Position numbers and translations under genes: made by a program
Part shown: piece after piece, positions 25,002 through 39,394 of the stretch
Numbering within the stretch: position 1 is the stretch's first letter
Layout of the letters: each line of letters opens with the position of its first letter
Source of the DNA: Catajapyx aquilonaris
Taxonomy: Eukaryota
Assembly (NCBI GenBank): GCA_000934665.2
Contig: JYFJ02002576.1
Coordinates: 1-64,000, forward strand
Direction: 5' to 3'
Length of the DNA stretch: 64,000 bases
The notes under the pieces: generated by a model
What the model was told of the DNA's origin: nothing
Database searches by the model: none
What the model saw: the letters and a program-made list of their open reading frames with translations, nothing else

Positions 25002-28000
25002 GTAAGCGAGGTCACGAATCTTTTTCGAGTGGGTGGGAGGTGGGATTGGGTGGGTGCAAAAAAGGGGTGGAGAGGATTTTTTTTTTGCACCAAACACCAC
25101 ATTCTCGGCACGTTCGAGGAGTGGAGGAGGGGGCGGAAAACGAATCCGGGAAATTCCGCGGATTTTTTTCCTCCTTTTTTTTTCCTTTTTTGGGACCGCG
25201 CCCGGGAATATTGTTAGCGGGGGTGGGTTGGCTTCTTCTTCTGGCCGGCAGTTAACTTTGCGTGACCCTCCCTCCCCTACTGCCACCTCCTTCCCAGCCC
25301 GTCTCTCCTGTAAAGATATGCCATTTCAATTGTGTAAACCATGCACGCTCAGAGCCAAGATGATTGATGAAACTGCCAAGAAGAGTTAATACTCCAGGTA
25401 AAAGGTGGGCTGTCAATGTTTGGGGGACCAATCATATCGAAATATTATAAAACTCTAAACGGGTGTAATTTTCATTCTGAATTATTCATAGTCGAGCCTG
25501 AATTTGGGGCTCATATACTATGCAGACTGTTTAGACCAAAATAGTTGATATTTTTTTACCTTTGGCTTATACCGCCCCTGAGATATGCTGTATTATTTTT
25601 GTTCTTCATATAGACTTTTCGTGGAAACCGTCCTGGCCGATTTTATCTAGTGCAAAATATATTTTTAGAAGCCTCCCTAAACAGGTATAAAAAAAGGCAT
25701 CGTCTTATGGCAACGTTAAATTTTCAAGACGTCTGATTCACTCCTTTCACTATACCATTGAGGGCTGAGCAGCAGGACAAAGGCGCTTCCACCTATTTCC
25801 GTCGCATCTGAAAAGCAGAAATATATCCTCCGCAGTAATATCCCGTTCGGGCAGCCAACAAAACGGACTGAAAGAAAGGTAGCTGGGACAGAGAAATCGA
25901 AACTGCTGGAAATCGCAGTACTACAGTCCTTGAAAGAAAGGGGTCGGCAACAAAATTTCCTGACGAGACGGCAGGACACTGCGGGTACATCCTCCGCCAT
26001 TAATTTTGCATAGGGGACGTCAGGCTCCTTTTCACCTCCGTTCTCGAGGCATTAGAGGAGCAAAGTGTACACTTGGAAGCCCGGAGCACAATGAAAAGAT
26101 AATGCGCACAGACACAGCCACGGTTTGCCAGGGGAAGAAAAAATATAGAAATAGATATAAGAACAAACGGCCGGGTCGGCACACTATATGATCGATGAAC
26201 CGTAGAGGTGAAGAATCCAACAAGAGCAGAAAATCGACATGTAGCAATAACCTAGGCGTTGCAATGAGGTCAATGAGAACTCTGTCCAGATGTAGATCGA
26301 GGACTATTTTGCATTTTTTTTTTCTCTTACCTCTTCTTCTCCCTAGTCCTTTCCCATATAACCCATACTGTTGTAGTAGGAGTGAGAACTGCGTTAAGAT
26401 AATGCCTGAATTCTTTGTTCGATTTTTAAAAATAAGTTTGTGCAAATGAAGAATTGACACAATAATTAAAAATCTAACAACTGTCATAATATACCGCTAT
26501 AGGACTCTTAAGCATATCTGGGTTAATACTGTATGTATTTATAACATAAAGGATGACTGGACATCTTGCATTTGTTGACTCGTCATGAAACGCCTCTTGA
26601 CTCTGTTGTGGTGAAAGTTGGAATGAAAAGGTCAGAAGTACACCAAACATATTTAAATGTCACACTGAGTTTTTGTATCATTATGGTCAGCTATTCAAAT
26701 GCCAGGTCTTTTCCCAGGAAAAAAACGTGGCCTACTTACAAAACTAACTGGGGTACCCAGCAATGCTCGCGTTTTAAAAATAGTTTTTACATACTTCGCT
26801 CCCATATGCTACATTACTATAGGTCATGAAAAAATTGTCATAATTATGTCGTCAACGGGTGGCCAAACCGTTGTTTTAACGCTCAAAAAGACAACAATGT
26901 TGTTTTTCATGCAAAAGTTTTGTCCGTAAATAATTAATATACACTTATACAGTACATTATTTCTGACTTTAAAATAATAATAATTACATGTTTTGATACT
27001 GGCCTCACTGCACAAATCTGTTTCATTAAAAAGACAAAGCAATTGTGATTGTTACTGTCAACATTCCAAACAACGCAATCAGCCATATAATTGTGCCAGC
27101 CAAATCCATCAAATAAAATCCAGCCTGGTCTCAATTTCGAACGTTGCCACAGAAGTGAAAAACAATCAAAATGCAATATTGATATGCGCTAATTAAACTT
27201 GGTCACCACCCTCGCTACCCAGGTAAATGTTTGATCAACTTTAAATGTGCGTGTTGACGCTTTCCTTACACCAATTATTCCTGTGCCTATCGTAGCAAAA
27301 ATGTTACCATGGTTGGAAACCCCTCCGATACATTATCGACTATTCCCCCATTTGATGCGCCTCTGGAAAGCTTATAAAAGTCTAATAGGGACGGTTCAAT
27401 TTGACGGGTTAACCTTGGCAACATTATTAAAATGAAAGGAAAAAAGTATAGCCACCAAAGAAAATTGACTCTTGCTTTCCGTCATACTGTATCCGATTCA
27501 GTTCCATATATCGATCCTGCGGAAAACACAGGCAAAAAAATATCTCCAAGAGAATTCAGATTCCATATTTCCACCACCACCTCCATGTCTCTCCCCACCC
27601 CTCCATGGCTCCATTCCTCTCCCCCCCCCCCTACCATTCTCAATTGACCAGCTCCACGTGTGTTGTTTGCCGTCTCGTATAAGCGCCCGGGTTCATCAAG
27701 TTTTCATGAGCGGCCCGGAATGCCAAATTGGCCGCACAAAACTTTTATCAGCCAAGAGTAGCTTATGACTGTTTCCTGGCTCATGTAGAGCTCGTTAATA
27801 AAACACTGGCCTATTTTTACTATCAACAGTGTTACAAAGCGGCTTAACCTTCTCGTTAAGAACTGAAGCGGAAACTGGATTTTCTGCTTCCGATAGCACG
27901 ATGGCGTAGCCCATACTCACATGGTGCGGAATATTTCAAAAAAAAATGGGAGGGTGGTCAAATATAATGGGAGAAACAGTCGGTTTCGTAACGGAGCACT

Positions 28001-28977
28001 TTCCGGAGGCCAAAATCTAACAATGATGTGAAGGGTAAATTTCCATGAAAATTTCGTCCATCTACAGTGGCACAAAAGGGGGGGCGAGGGAACCATTTTT
28101 GCCCAATCCATTGTCAGGGAGAATCGATAGCGGCCAAATACACGGGCGTGCATGGAAATTAAAATGAAATCGCTTGTCCCCAATGTAGGTAATACAATTA
28201 TTCTCCTGCAGAGTGATGATTATGTAAATGGGAGTCGACACTGAAACCTAGTATTAATTACGGTTCTGCGGGCACTGCGTCGTAGGTTTGAAATAAATTA
28301 AGTATTTCACTTTGGAGCTACGCTGTTGGACTCAAAATGTGATACAGTTGCACGTAGATGAGTCTTTTCACATAGAGTACTCGTGTAAAAGTAGTGTGGT
28401 CATTCATGAGCTATTAATTTATTCAACGATGGGGTCTAATAGAATGTACTGTACGACTCCAGCAGCCTAGAAATGCACAGCTAACAATTCTGTCTACAGT
28501 AAAACATTTCTGTAACGGGCTGGAATATTTGGTGCCAATAGAAACGTATAACAGGAAACTGTATTACTGTCAAATATGGACCAAACACCTGACGACACCT
28601 GACATTGTATAAGTCCGTGACCCTTCACCGTTAAGAATGTCATAATTGAAAGAAAACTGCGCCAGACAAAAGGCTGCATCCTAAAGTAGGGCAAAGAAAT
28701 CAGTAACGTGTAATTCCAAAACGACCACCATAATTATTCCATCAAGGCCTTGGGTGCCCTCCCAGATCATCCATTCTTTACTGGATGAGTTAATAATGGA
28801 CGAGTGCACCGAAAGTTCCTGCTCTCAAGAGGATAGAAATGCACTGACAGGCAAACAGATGCGATGGTCCTTCCCATAAAATATTTCATCCTGTCCCAAA
28901 TGGCATCTTTCCATGTTTCGAAAATTGAGAAAGGAAGAGCTACCTCGGAAAGGGTCTGTTCGTGTGTTTTTCCTCCA

Positions 28978-29270
28978 CAAAAGGATACATAGAGTACGTC
29001 ACGCTGCTGGTGGTGGTGGTAGGGGGGGATTGACTTGAGTGTGACGGAGTGTGACAGAGAGGTGACGACACATTATAAATTCATAATGAAGCAAAGGTGC
29101 TCGAATTGTTGGTTCGAATTTAGTGAAAAGTCATTTTTGTGAGGGGGAAAGAAACCTGACGTACCGGTACTTTTTGGGGAGGGTAGACCCAGCGTGACTC
29201 TGCGTGACATGGAGGGGGGGGGGGGGTCTAAAAATTCGAAGGTCATCGTGCCATACTTTATGGACGATTC
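28978..29270. mobile_element. Decayed MITE (Zator- or PIF/Harbinger-like style)
   Basis: Left ...atacatagagtacgtcacg versus right cgtgccatactttatggacgattcc (degenerate TIR of the CATAAAGTACGTCACG type). Repeated GTGAC motifs and G-runs inside. Confidence 0.5.
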
Positions 29271-29989
29271 CGAAGCAAATTCTGCCGTTCCACCCAGCAA
29301 CGAAATTAGCTATAGTTTCACCTCGCTCACTGTTGTCTACTCTGTAATCAAGTGCAATTACAGCGTCTAAACTAGCCAGAGCAAAGGTTGAGGCCTAGGG
29401 GACTTAAAACTATTTCACCGCCAGAGTCGGATTTGACTAAAACTAGTAAGCTGCGGGAGAGTCGACGCGCAGTCGAAAATCGAATGGTGCAGACATTTTT
29501 TCATGAACATAATAGCAGCAATAATGGGATCAAGCTGGCGGGTCGTAAGTTTCCTGCGTGTTTTTTAGTAACTTCACCAGTTCACGCGATGCTGAAGTGA
29601 CTGTGACACGATGGTTAAAGGATATCTCGTCTATTATATATCACATAGGAAATGCAAATGTTTATGTGCGCTTTGCCAGAATGCCAAGCCGGAACAGTTA
29701 GGTTCACGCACTAAAGAGTGTATCTGAAATATGGAGTAAGCGGAGTAACTGATGCTGATGTGGCATCAGTAAATAACTCATTGTATAGCCTAATAATTTC
29801 ATATTAGAGAAATTAGAAATTAACTTACAAGAGTTGGAACAAAATAATGATGTTTAATTCGTTTTTATTCGAACACCTAACCATTTCGATTGAAGTTTTT
29901 GTTACGTAGCTACGTCCCAAGCGCTATTTAGTGAACAATACAGATGGCGCACAGTATGTCTGGGAACAAACAAAAAACTACGCCATTTT

Positions 29990-30430
29990 GAACAATGCAG
30001 CGATGGGCTCGGACTGAGAGAACTCTCAAAATTCGGCAGGAGTACAGACCGTCAATCCCTGAAAGATCATGTTGAGCATTGTCTGGAATATATGAGTCAA
30101 TGGACCATTTGGGAGCTTGCATCCGAGTGTTACACAACCATACGAAGATTAAACTCGTCTTGAAGGATATACATCTGAGGAAAGTGGATTCCTCACAACC
30201 TCTCCGAAGTGCAGTTCGCATTAGCCGAGAAGCACCTGTACCGCTAGGCTACAAACTTGAGGGAGAGGTTTTTCTGAACAGAATAGAGGCTTTAGATGAA
30301 ACCTGACGCCGATGTTATGAGCCCAAGTTCAAAAGGCAATCGTCAGAATGGTGCCATCTTCCTTCTCCACGACCGAGATATAGGTTCTATTGTGGCATAT
30401 GATGAAGATGTCAGAATGTCATCAAGTGCC
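29990..30430 (+). pseudogene. Mariner (DD34D) transposase pseudogene fragment
   Basis: QRWAR (about 29999), KWIPHNLSE (30182, WVPHEL motif), FLNRIEALDET*RRCYEPKFKRQSSEWCHLPSPRP (first catalytic D, in-frame stop at 30304), then IVAYDED after a frameshift. The C-terminal half is missing. Confidence 0.88.
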
Positions 30431-33400
30431 CCATGGTCAGATTGTCAACATGGAATACTACGTCATGTTAAATTTTCAAACATATTTCATTTGTTTTTAT
30501 CAAATCGCATATAACTCGGTCAGACCTTCATAACGACTGTAAACAATCATGTTCGACTTTTTAAAAATATGCGCTATGACTTCTGTTACAACGCATGGAC
30601 CACATGCTGCTATAACCCTTGATTTCTCATTAGCCGTCAATAAATTGCAGAGGTGGTGGGGTTGACAGTAATAAAAATACTGCTTCTCGTAATTCTAAAT
30701 TGACCCATTATTGTGGTTAGAACTGCTTCCAATGCGTCTTTATTACTGATTATTTCGGGTAGTAAATAAATCACATCTCTTGCCATCCAGTATTTTATTT
30801 ATACCCCTGGAGAGTTGACAATCGATAGGCTTATATTAATTCAACTATGGTTAGCCTGCCAGTAGAGTGTGGAATGCCTTTTCATTCTCCCACTCAAGCG
30901 GCAACTAATGATTACTTTCCAGCACGCAAAGGTCTCTGACAAGGAATATGATTACAGGGTTTTGCAAGTGTCAAATTCTCAAATAAAATATTTACAAACC
31001 ATGAATTAAGTATGGTGGCAGCCCAGCTAATTGTAGCTTTTTGCTTTAGTTTCACGTTCCTAGAATCTCCGGCCGTGATACCAGTTCCAGGAAGTTGTAA
31101 ATCCTGCTTACATACGCAGATAGGCGCCATTACCAGTGTTCGGATGTATCGCTAACAATGTGTCCAAGCAACTTGTTAGCAACAAAAACAGCAACCACTT
31201 CTGAAGCCATTTCAAGGAAGCGTCACAAAAAAAATTGCCAATATGTAACGCGATACGAATTTCATTAAGGATATATGTGGCAAGAAATCGAGGCTACAAT
31301 CGACTAGCCCTCAAGTGCGGCTGCTCGCAAGAAAGACACGAATGTACGAAATAATTAGACCGTAAGTCTGGAGTTCCAGGAAGGGTGCTGTTAGATTGCA
31401 CGAAGCGCTCGTGACGAGACGTGTTATGAGAACTGATACTACAGCAGTTATCGCTCCAAACAATCGTGTGACCCAGCTGTGCGTTTGCTTTCCCCGTAAA
31501 TGTTGTTGTTTACGAATTGTTGCGGCTTACTACTAACTTGGAAATGATAGCTGCGGCTGGTAATCGATAGCAGATAACCCAACCAGCAAAACGGATTTGC
31601 TGCCTACAAGCCACAGCCTTCCATTTTGGTGGCCTATTACATATCAATTATTTTGGCCCAACAATAGGCTCTATATTCGTGGGTTACAACCAGGCTATTG
31701 TCTCTGCGAAAATGAGATGTGCCATTTATCAATGAACATTGGACCAGTTGCGGTACAGTCTGATCACAATCGTATCTACTAACGCATTTCAGCACCAGAC
31801 CGCAACTCATTATTGGAGTGAATGAGTTCGTGTTTTTAAAGAGAGAGCCTGATTCGACCATGCTATGGACCAAAAAGGCAGACATTTCATTGCCTCACTC
31901 GGCTATTACTGCACTCTGCAATATCAAGGTAGTACTATAGGATGCACTATCGGAAGGGGAAAAAACATCACATCATATACAAGCAAATTTCTCCAATATA
32001 ACGTACATTAACAGTTTCAGTAATAATTTATTGCATGCAGCGTTCCAAAATGTTTACTATGATGTTAGGCTGATATTGACGCCACGGGATCAAATTAGCT
32101 TTCCGAGAATCAGCTTCAGAAACCCCACCGCGTGATTAGTTTCGTGAAATTTAATTGTAGGTCTCATTCACTCCCCAAAACATGCTATAATATCAAAGTA
32201 TATAGCTAAACCCATGGTAATGAATAAATTATCAACTCCATTCCAATGTCGGATCGAGTATATCCGACTTCATTACGCAAAACCATCATACCGACAGATT
32301 TGTCATTGAACACCTGCAGTTGTCATGCATGAGATGTAAGCCCTAGATTATTTTATAGGGGTTCACTTCCGAACTTGCACGAGCGCAAGTAATGCGCACT
32401 ATTAGCCGAAGCCAACAACACATTGCCTATTAGCTATACAGAAAAAAACATCCTCAATTCCGGCCCGTGCCGCATTAGGCCCTTTACAGGCCATAAATTC
32501 CCACCAATTAATTCATCAGCCTATCCTATCGCAGATAGTTTAATGGCCAACACTTTAGTAAATGTTTCCAGGTTATAAATAATGTTATCAAACTTTCATG
32601 ACAATGCTGAAATCGCGCCGGTGAAATATTTAACCATTCCCAGGTGTGCTGCACACCAGAGTGGGAGGGGATATGCCTAAATTTATACGTCTGCTAGTAT
32701 CCGTCAAATCAGTCATCAGTCATGCCCGTACACGAAATCATAAATCCACGTGCTGCATACACCACTGGATAGCACCACCTACGTGTACTGGTGAGATATG
32801 CCCCACTTGAGCACGAAACTCCAAAGGAAATCATTGACGGCTCGGCAGGGGTGTGAAGTGTTCTAAAAGTTAGCGCCCGGCCCCCGTAAATACACCTATG
32901 GCAACCTAGAGAGGTGGAGGGCTTTACACGTGTATCTAAACTGCAATTTTATTATAGCCGCGTATTGGTGGGGCACAGCTATTGCGATACTACTCGGATA
33001 ATCTTTCGACTAGAGGGTAATGGTCCGCACGTGTCCCCTTGAGACTCGTAAAATTCTTCCCCGAGATGTACGGATATGCCGGAATGAATACTTCACAAGC
33101 CCCTTCCTGCTGGCATTTCGTGATCCATACCCGAAATGGAGGGAGGGAGGGAGGGGGGCGAGGGAAAAGGCCTCAGATCCTACAGACTTTCACTGGCTTC
33201 AAATGGCCGAGAAGCACTGCGCCCCGGTGTATACGATTTCTCACAAAATCCCTGCTTCTGCTGAGATAAGTAGTGTAACACTCGCCCCAGCTCCTGCGCA
33301 AAATTATGCCGAGATACGCCCAGGCTCCGTCACTCTATGACATCCAAGTTGCCATTTAAAACTTTTCGCGGAGCAGCTCGATTAGCATTGCAAATGTTCA

Positions 33401-36400
33401 CTCGGCAGCCTGCAGATAAAAGCTGCAACTGGTCAAAAAAAAGGAGGTCACCTAGAATGTGACCTTCAAATTCAGGGGGGCTCCAGCTGTGCTGGGAAAT
33501 AATATCCAGTTTGCTTTCTGAATTATGGCCGCCAACTCTTGCTGCCCAGGCTCGACTTTGATATTCGCAATGAATGGTGTCAGGGGCTCATTATTCAACT
33601 TTGACCTAATGTGCGGTGCAGGACGCTGGATTGGAGAGTGTTTAAAAAAATAAAGGTCTTCCACAGTTTGAATCTAGGTTAACCTCTAAATGACATTAAC
33701 GCTACCTCCAATTCTCTGATGTGACAGGTGATTTACTTCATAGATAGTTCACCAAAATGTGATGCAAAATGCATGAAATATTCCGTTGGGATTTTTAATA
33801 TACCGGTATTATGGCCGCTGAGGCTGAGAGCCTAATTGACGTGACAAATAAGTTTTTCCGTGAAATAAACCCTGTGTAACACTGGTGTAAAGAGCTTACC
33901 GCACTGCTGGATTGGGATCACGTCAGAAGGTTCAGGCGTAGTGGTCAGCCATCGGTTCAAAGAGAAAGTCGATCTTCTAATGGTGCTGCTGGGGGGCTTC
34001 TACAGTACACAGGATTACAAAAGGTAGGTTTTGCGGTTAGAAAATGCCTCATGTCCAAATGATAACGCCTTACCATTTGACTAGATCTGGGCTTTAAAAA
34101 AAACACCGCACGCCAGCGAATTACAGCATTTTCAACTATTCTGAGTCCTCCAAAAGGCTACTTTTGCTACCCACCAGGGAGCCAAAATTGTACAGTACAG
34201 CAAAGTAGTTTACAAAGCAGTTCATAAATTAATGCCACATGGGCAGACTGTTTCCCGCCGGGTTGACTCCAGCTTATCTCCAGCCCACCTCATCAAACAT
34301 TGCTACCATCTCATAAAAATGGGACTACCTCTCCTATTTCACTCTCTAGCAATCAATATTTTGACTCACATCATAACAAGCTGAAGTCAATTTAACCCCT
34401 AAAGATTCATAATGAGCCAGCTGACCCCCTACCATTTCTACTCAACTGCAGCACAAGAGGTTAGCTAATCGACAGGATGAACAATCCTTTCATCCGGAGC
34501 ATAGGTCACCCCCTCCCCTCTCCGATTTTTTTTTCTCTCTCCTTCTATTTTTCCGGGTGTGTCCTCAGCAATCGAGTCCTCTTCTGGCCTGAAGGAGCAG
34601 AAGTGGCGCCGAGTGGTTAGCCTAATGCCAGTGGGATTGGAGAGTCGAAAAAGCGCACTTGAGCCGGATCCGTCTCCACAAGCCTTCTCTTCTTTAAGCT
34701 CCTCCAGGCGGAACTCATGACCGGAAACGGGCTCCGGACCCGGGCCCCTGATCGCTTGGCCGCACAAAAGCTGAGGCCCCCCCTCCCAACCCCCTACCAG
34801 ACCGTCACACTATCTGCCTGCCCGCCCGCCTGCCAAGCCCCCTAAGGGACAGGACCAGGAACCCATTTTTCCCTTCCCGCGGGGAATGGAGTTGGGAGAG
34901 AAGGATGAAGAAGAAGGAGAAGAGGGGGGNGGGAAATACGCTCTTCTTCATGGTTCTTCCACCCTGCTTGCCATCTCCGTCTCTTTTTGCGCACCTGTCA
35001 ACTTTTGCCTTTACAGCTTTTCTACATGCTTGACGTATGGAAATGATAACGCTCCAGCTTTCTCGCTAGCTTGACTGCAGAGATGACGGCGGTTTGTGAA
35101 GGAGAGTTGGGTGGGGGGGATGCGCTATAAAGAAAATAATGTGACAATGTGCATAGTATTTTTCAGTGGGGGGGTGTTTGCTGATTCCATTGGGAAATTC
35201 GGGTGATGAGAAAACAACGGAGTATGTGCATGTAAATCATGGCTGGAAAAAAAAATGCGATTTTGTGAGATAAGTTCTTTGGATTTGAAACGAACCGTGA
35301 GCCATTATGAAGTCAGCTTGGGGGGGAAAAAACCGCGCAGAATCCACAGAATTTCCATCCTGACCATTAAGGCTAAAAGTTAATCCATTTTCCGTCTCCA
35401 TCTCCCTGCAAGGCTATTCTCCTCGTTCCTTACATTACCATTCTTTCCTCTACCCCCGCTCTCCATAACCATCCTTCTTCCCACTTCCCTCCTTTCTTCC
35501 TTTCCTTTTTGAAGTTTGCTTTTGCGCCCCTGCCGAGCCTTTGTTAGCGCCACACAAAAACCGATCCTACGGCAAGAAATAAATTACGGGGCCCGATTAA
35601 TTACGATTTTAATAACCAAACTGCGTGAGGAGTTCTCATTCGTCACTTGGAGTGTGAGCACCTTTGAAGCCCCCTAACACACGCCATATATATTCACCGT
35701 TCTAGCATCTCCTTACCCACCCTCGACCCATACCGGAGAAATATGGCGTTATTGGTGAACTAGAAGGCTCCAGGCGGTATAAAAGACTGGCTTGCTCCGA
35801 TGGTGACCTTTTCAAATCTGACTGACAAAACTCATCAGGCTTTCTTCTGCAGATTCCGGAATTTCTCTTTCACGTAAAAGTTCTTGCTGGAAAAAAAGTT
35901 GGAAACATTGAGAGCCTCTACTTCCATTCACCGGGTTTTTATCAATATTTTACGAACAAATGGAGGCTGGAAAGAATAGGGAAAGAGCTGAATGTCCCTG
36001 GGAATCAAAAGAGAACCTTTTCTAGTGCGCCGCCTATAGTGAGCCTGGGAAGAAAAATTACTTCATGTGCTGTAGCAAAGCCTGAGTATGCTTCTGCGAA
36101 TATTAAAAAATTTCCATTAACGAATTACTGGAATATGTATTGTTCCTTACAAAAGATGCTTTTGGAGGGGACGCATACCCTAGAACTCGGGTACCAAAAT
36201 GCTGGGATACTATATAGTCAGGTTCAAACTCTGGAATATCGAGTTTAAGAAACTGGGTATCAAGGTTGATTGCATCGTAAGGGAGGAAATATTGGAGCCA
36301 ATCGAGTGAGTTATTGACGGTCAGGTCTTCTAAGCTGTACTCAATTCTTCCGCTGTCAAGAGAAAACTCAATAAGTAACGTAATGTAAGGTGCAGGTACT

Positions 36401-36996
36401 TTGATTCCGTCTCTCTTGGAAGTCATGCACATAATTGCTCCATAAATGTGTAACCTCAGTTACTTGGCAATATCCACAAGCACGCCTTGTCTAGTACCTT
36501 TCCTGATGGTCTGGGTGTCATAGAAATGACTATAGCCCGTACAGATCGATTTTGTCGCCAGTCGCAGTCTCGTTTGAATCAGCCAATCACTAAGATGAAT
36601 TCAAATCGTTGAACTACCGTGCGGTTGGCTGGGATTCAAGCAGTTCCCGCCGTGTCAGTACGCCCTTTCGTATGACTGGCTCAGACGGTATTACAGGAAA
36701 ACCCCGGGTGATCCTGAGGTCGTATGCTCACTGACCATATCCGATCTCATACTGTCGATGTCTGACTCCTATAACTTTCCTAGAGGAAAAATTATAGTCG
36801 TTTATCTTCCCTGAAGACGTGCTGACACCTAAATTACAGTCAGGTGCTCCAGAGCTGCTGCCGGTCGATGTGTCTGTGTCCATTTTGGCAAAATAAGTGT
36901 TCCTTCCAATATTTGTGCATGAAACACGACACATTAAGGTTCGATCCTGACTGAATATAAACATAAGTGTAATATGTACCTTATTCTACCTTTCAG

Positions 36997-37091
36997 TGAC
37001 CGGAGCTGCTACAGTAGTCCGAAGTGCCTGTGGACTTGTCAGCTGGTTTCTCCTGACCCTCGTTGCCAACTTGGCCACTCCAGGCTTGTGA
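36997..37091 (+). CDS. beat: Beat-like gene, probable terminal coding exon E (hydrophobic C-terminus)
   Basis: Strong acceptor ccttattctacctttcAG|36997. The phase 1 join gives (V)TGAATVVRSACGLVSWFLLTLVANLATPGL then TGA at 37089-37091. Small residues followed by a hydrophobic stretch. Not in the ORF track. Confidence 0.72.
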
Positions 37092-37487
37092 CATCCAATC
37101 TTTCAACTCGGGCTCGGTGGGCTGTGACGGCCATTGACAGTTATTAAGTTTTCATGTGCGATTTAAGCCGTTATATGAAGTCAAGAGCTGCGGGAAAAGT
37201 TCAAGCCGAAGATAAGAGTTTTTGGGGGTCTTGATAGATGGAGGTTGGAAGCAATAGCGAGTTGAAACAGGAGATAAGACAGATGAGGCTTTTTTTGCCC
37301 TTCCTCCACTGAAAAAGACGTGATGTGCGGTTACTTTCTTTTTCATCTTCCCTTTTTTCTCTTTCACTTATCCTATCTTTTCGAGTACCGCGAAAGCGCC
37401 TAGGTCATCACTTGTCACTCACGATGAGACAGTTTGTAAATGGCGTGGATGTTTAACATTTTGTGGACAATCAGTGTGGAATTGACA

Positions 37488-37493
37488 AATAAA
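37488..37493 (+). promoter_or_regulatory. Candidate polyadenylation signal AATAAA for the Beat-like gene (alternatives at 37825 and about 39015/39102)
   Basis: AATAAA about 400 nt downstream of the predicted stop. Position-based inference only. Confidence 0.3.
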
Positions 37494-39261
37494 CATTTGC
37501 GCTGGACAACATGTGAAAGTGCAACAGACCGTAACGTAAGTATGTAAAAAAATAATGTCGTTGCCAGTGTATGTACTATTTCCAGCGGCGGGCAGTGGTC
37601 ATTTGACCCAATGTTACAGGTACCAGTACAGGACCTAAATGCATGGCGTGCAAATGTCCTATGCTAAAAGAGGACGCACACATGCACAGCCCGCCTCTGT
37701 TTATTATTGTCATCCAGCAGTGGCGTTGAGTATATTTTCCATCAAAAAAAAAGAGTCTACTACGTGTGGAAAACTTGTGGCTTGAGATTCGCGTCAGCGA
37801 CGAACATTGTGACTTACTGAACACAATAAAAAGAAGAGAAAAAATTAGAAGTGGATTCGTCACTGCGAGTGCGCCATTTCCAGTATTAAAATGCAAGAAA
37901 ACTGGACACGCTACTGTAGTCTCATGATGATGTAAAATTATGGAATTTAATTACAGCTGCCGGTTTGGAATCCCCTTTGCCCTACAGCAATCACATAGCC
38001 TATAGAGTTAATCTTCTTAGTTCGGCATGGAGCGCCTCCCGGGTTCTTTCCAATCTTTTTGGCATATATTTAGGTTTTACCCACAAACAGCTAGAAAATG
38101 TTACAGGTCAATAACATTATTTCATCTAAGTTCACCCACTTCTTACAAACTACCATTTCACACTAAAATGCACAACTGGACCTTTTAAAATATTTTGCAA
38201 CATTTTAAGCCGGAAATGGAAATAGAATTTGACTCGCTACCTCGCATGTGCGACACTCCCTTCGTCTATAAAAATGGAAACGGCATGTTGTGCAATTATT
38301 GGTAAAGAGATTATCCTTAATTGTCCCTGAGCTGAATCAGACCCCCCCCCCCCCAAAAAAAAGCAGTTCCCGGGTACACTCCCAGTGTCTCCATCCCTTC
38401 TGGTGCAGAGTAAAGCTCCCAATTTTAGATAATTGACCAGATACCCCCCCCCCCCCATCGTACTCTTTTTTTATCGGAGCGAAAAGAGAAGAGATTACAG
38501 TAGCTCCTTCAGACTGCCGATACTGGAGGGAAACTTTCCGACGTGAATTGCAAATACACACTGCGGCTTGATCCTACTGAATGTGTGCGTTCCGTATAGA
38601 AATCCACCGTCACTTCGTCTAGTGCATTTCGCACTCGGTTTCGCTTATCATCATGCAGAAGAGATGTACTTAACAAAGCCCATCCGCATACGGCAATCAC
38701 TTTCATAGGGTTTTTATGAGCTGTGCCACATCTGGGCTTTTCCTAATTATTAGGTACACGGTTCATTTCTCGGGTCATCTATACAGCATTGCGTCAGTGT
38801 ACCACTTGAGGGAGGTGCTGGAAATCATTGCATATGGGTACGAATATGATAGTAAGAACCTGCATTTTAAGATCGGTAATGTTGCTAAGGAACTCTGCAG
38901 ACAAATGGGCGACCGGGTGTAAAGAGTGTGCACAATTGGAACAGGTAATATTTAACAGTAATTTATTCTGAAAGTGTCAGGGCCACATGACAAAGCGGTT
39001 CTTTGTAATGTACATAATAAAGCAGTAAACCTACAACTTACATCAAAGAGCGTGTTTATGGTGGAGAAACACAAGCAACGATGGAAACAGTGTATACGTA
39101 AAATAAATATTTTCCAGGGTAAAATTTACTGGAAAATGTTCACTTTGTTTCATGAAGCTACTGCTACTCTCCTGTTATTGTGAAAAATGCTGTAGAGTTT
39201 TCATAAATACTGTATATTTTTTTCGTTGTGTTCATTACTACATGGTGTACCAAACAACAAC

Positions 39262-39394
39262 ATTGTTTCAAGTCTAATTTCTGCCCAAAGAATCACCGCC
39301 GCACTAACTTGAATGGCAGATGGGGCAATTCAAAAACTTTGAATTGCACTAGCATGGCGGTGTAACTGTGGTCAGAATTCAGGCTTTCAACAAT
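39262..39394. repeat. Degenerate inverted repeat / old MITE
   Basis: attgtttcaagtctaatttctgcccaaagaatcaccgcc versus ggcggtgtaactgtggtcagaattcaggctttcaacaat, with an inner hairpin gcaattcaaa..tttgaattgc. Confidence 0.55.

Noticed and set aside
36039..36248. Possible hAT transposase fragment (TNYWNMYCSLQKMLLE, cf. TRWNS..ML.RLLE)
   Set aside because: One weak motif with no supporting neighbours.
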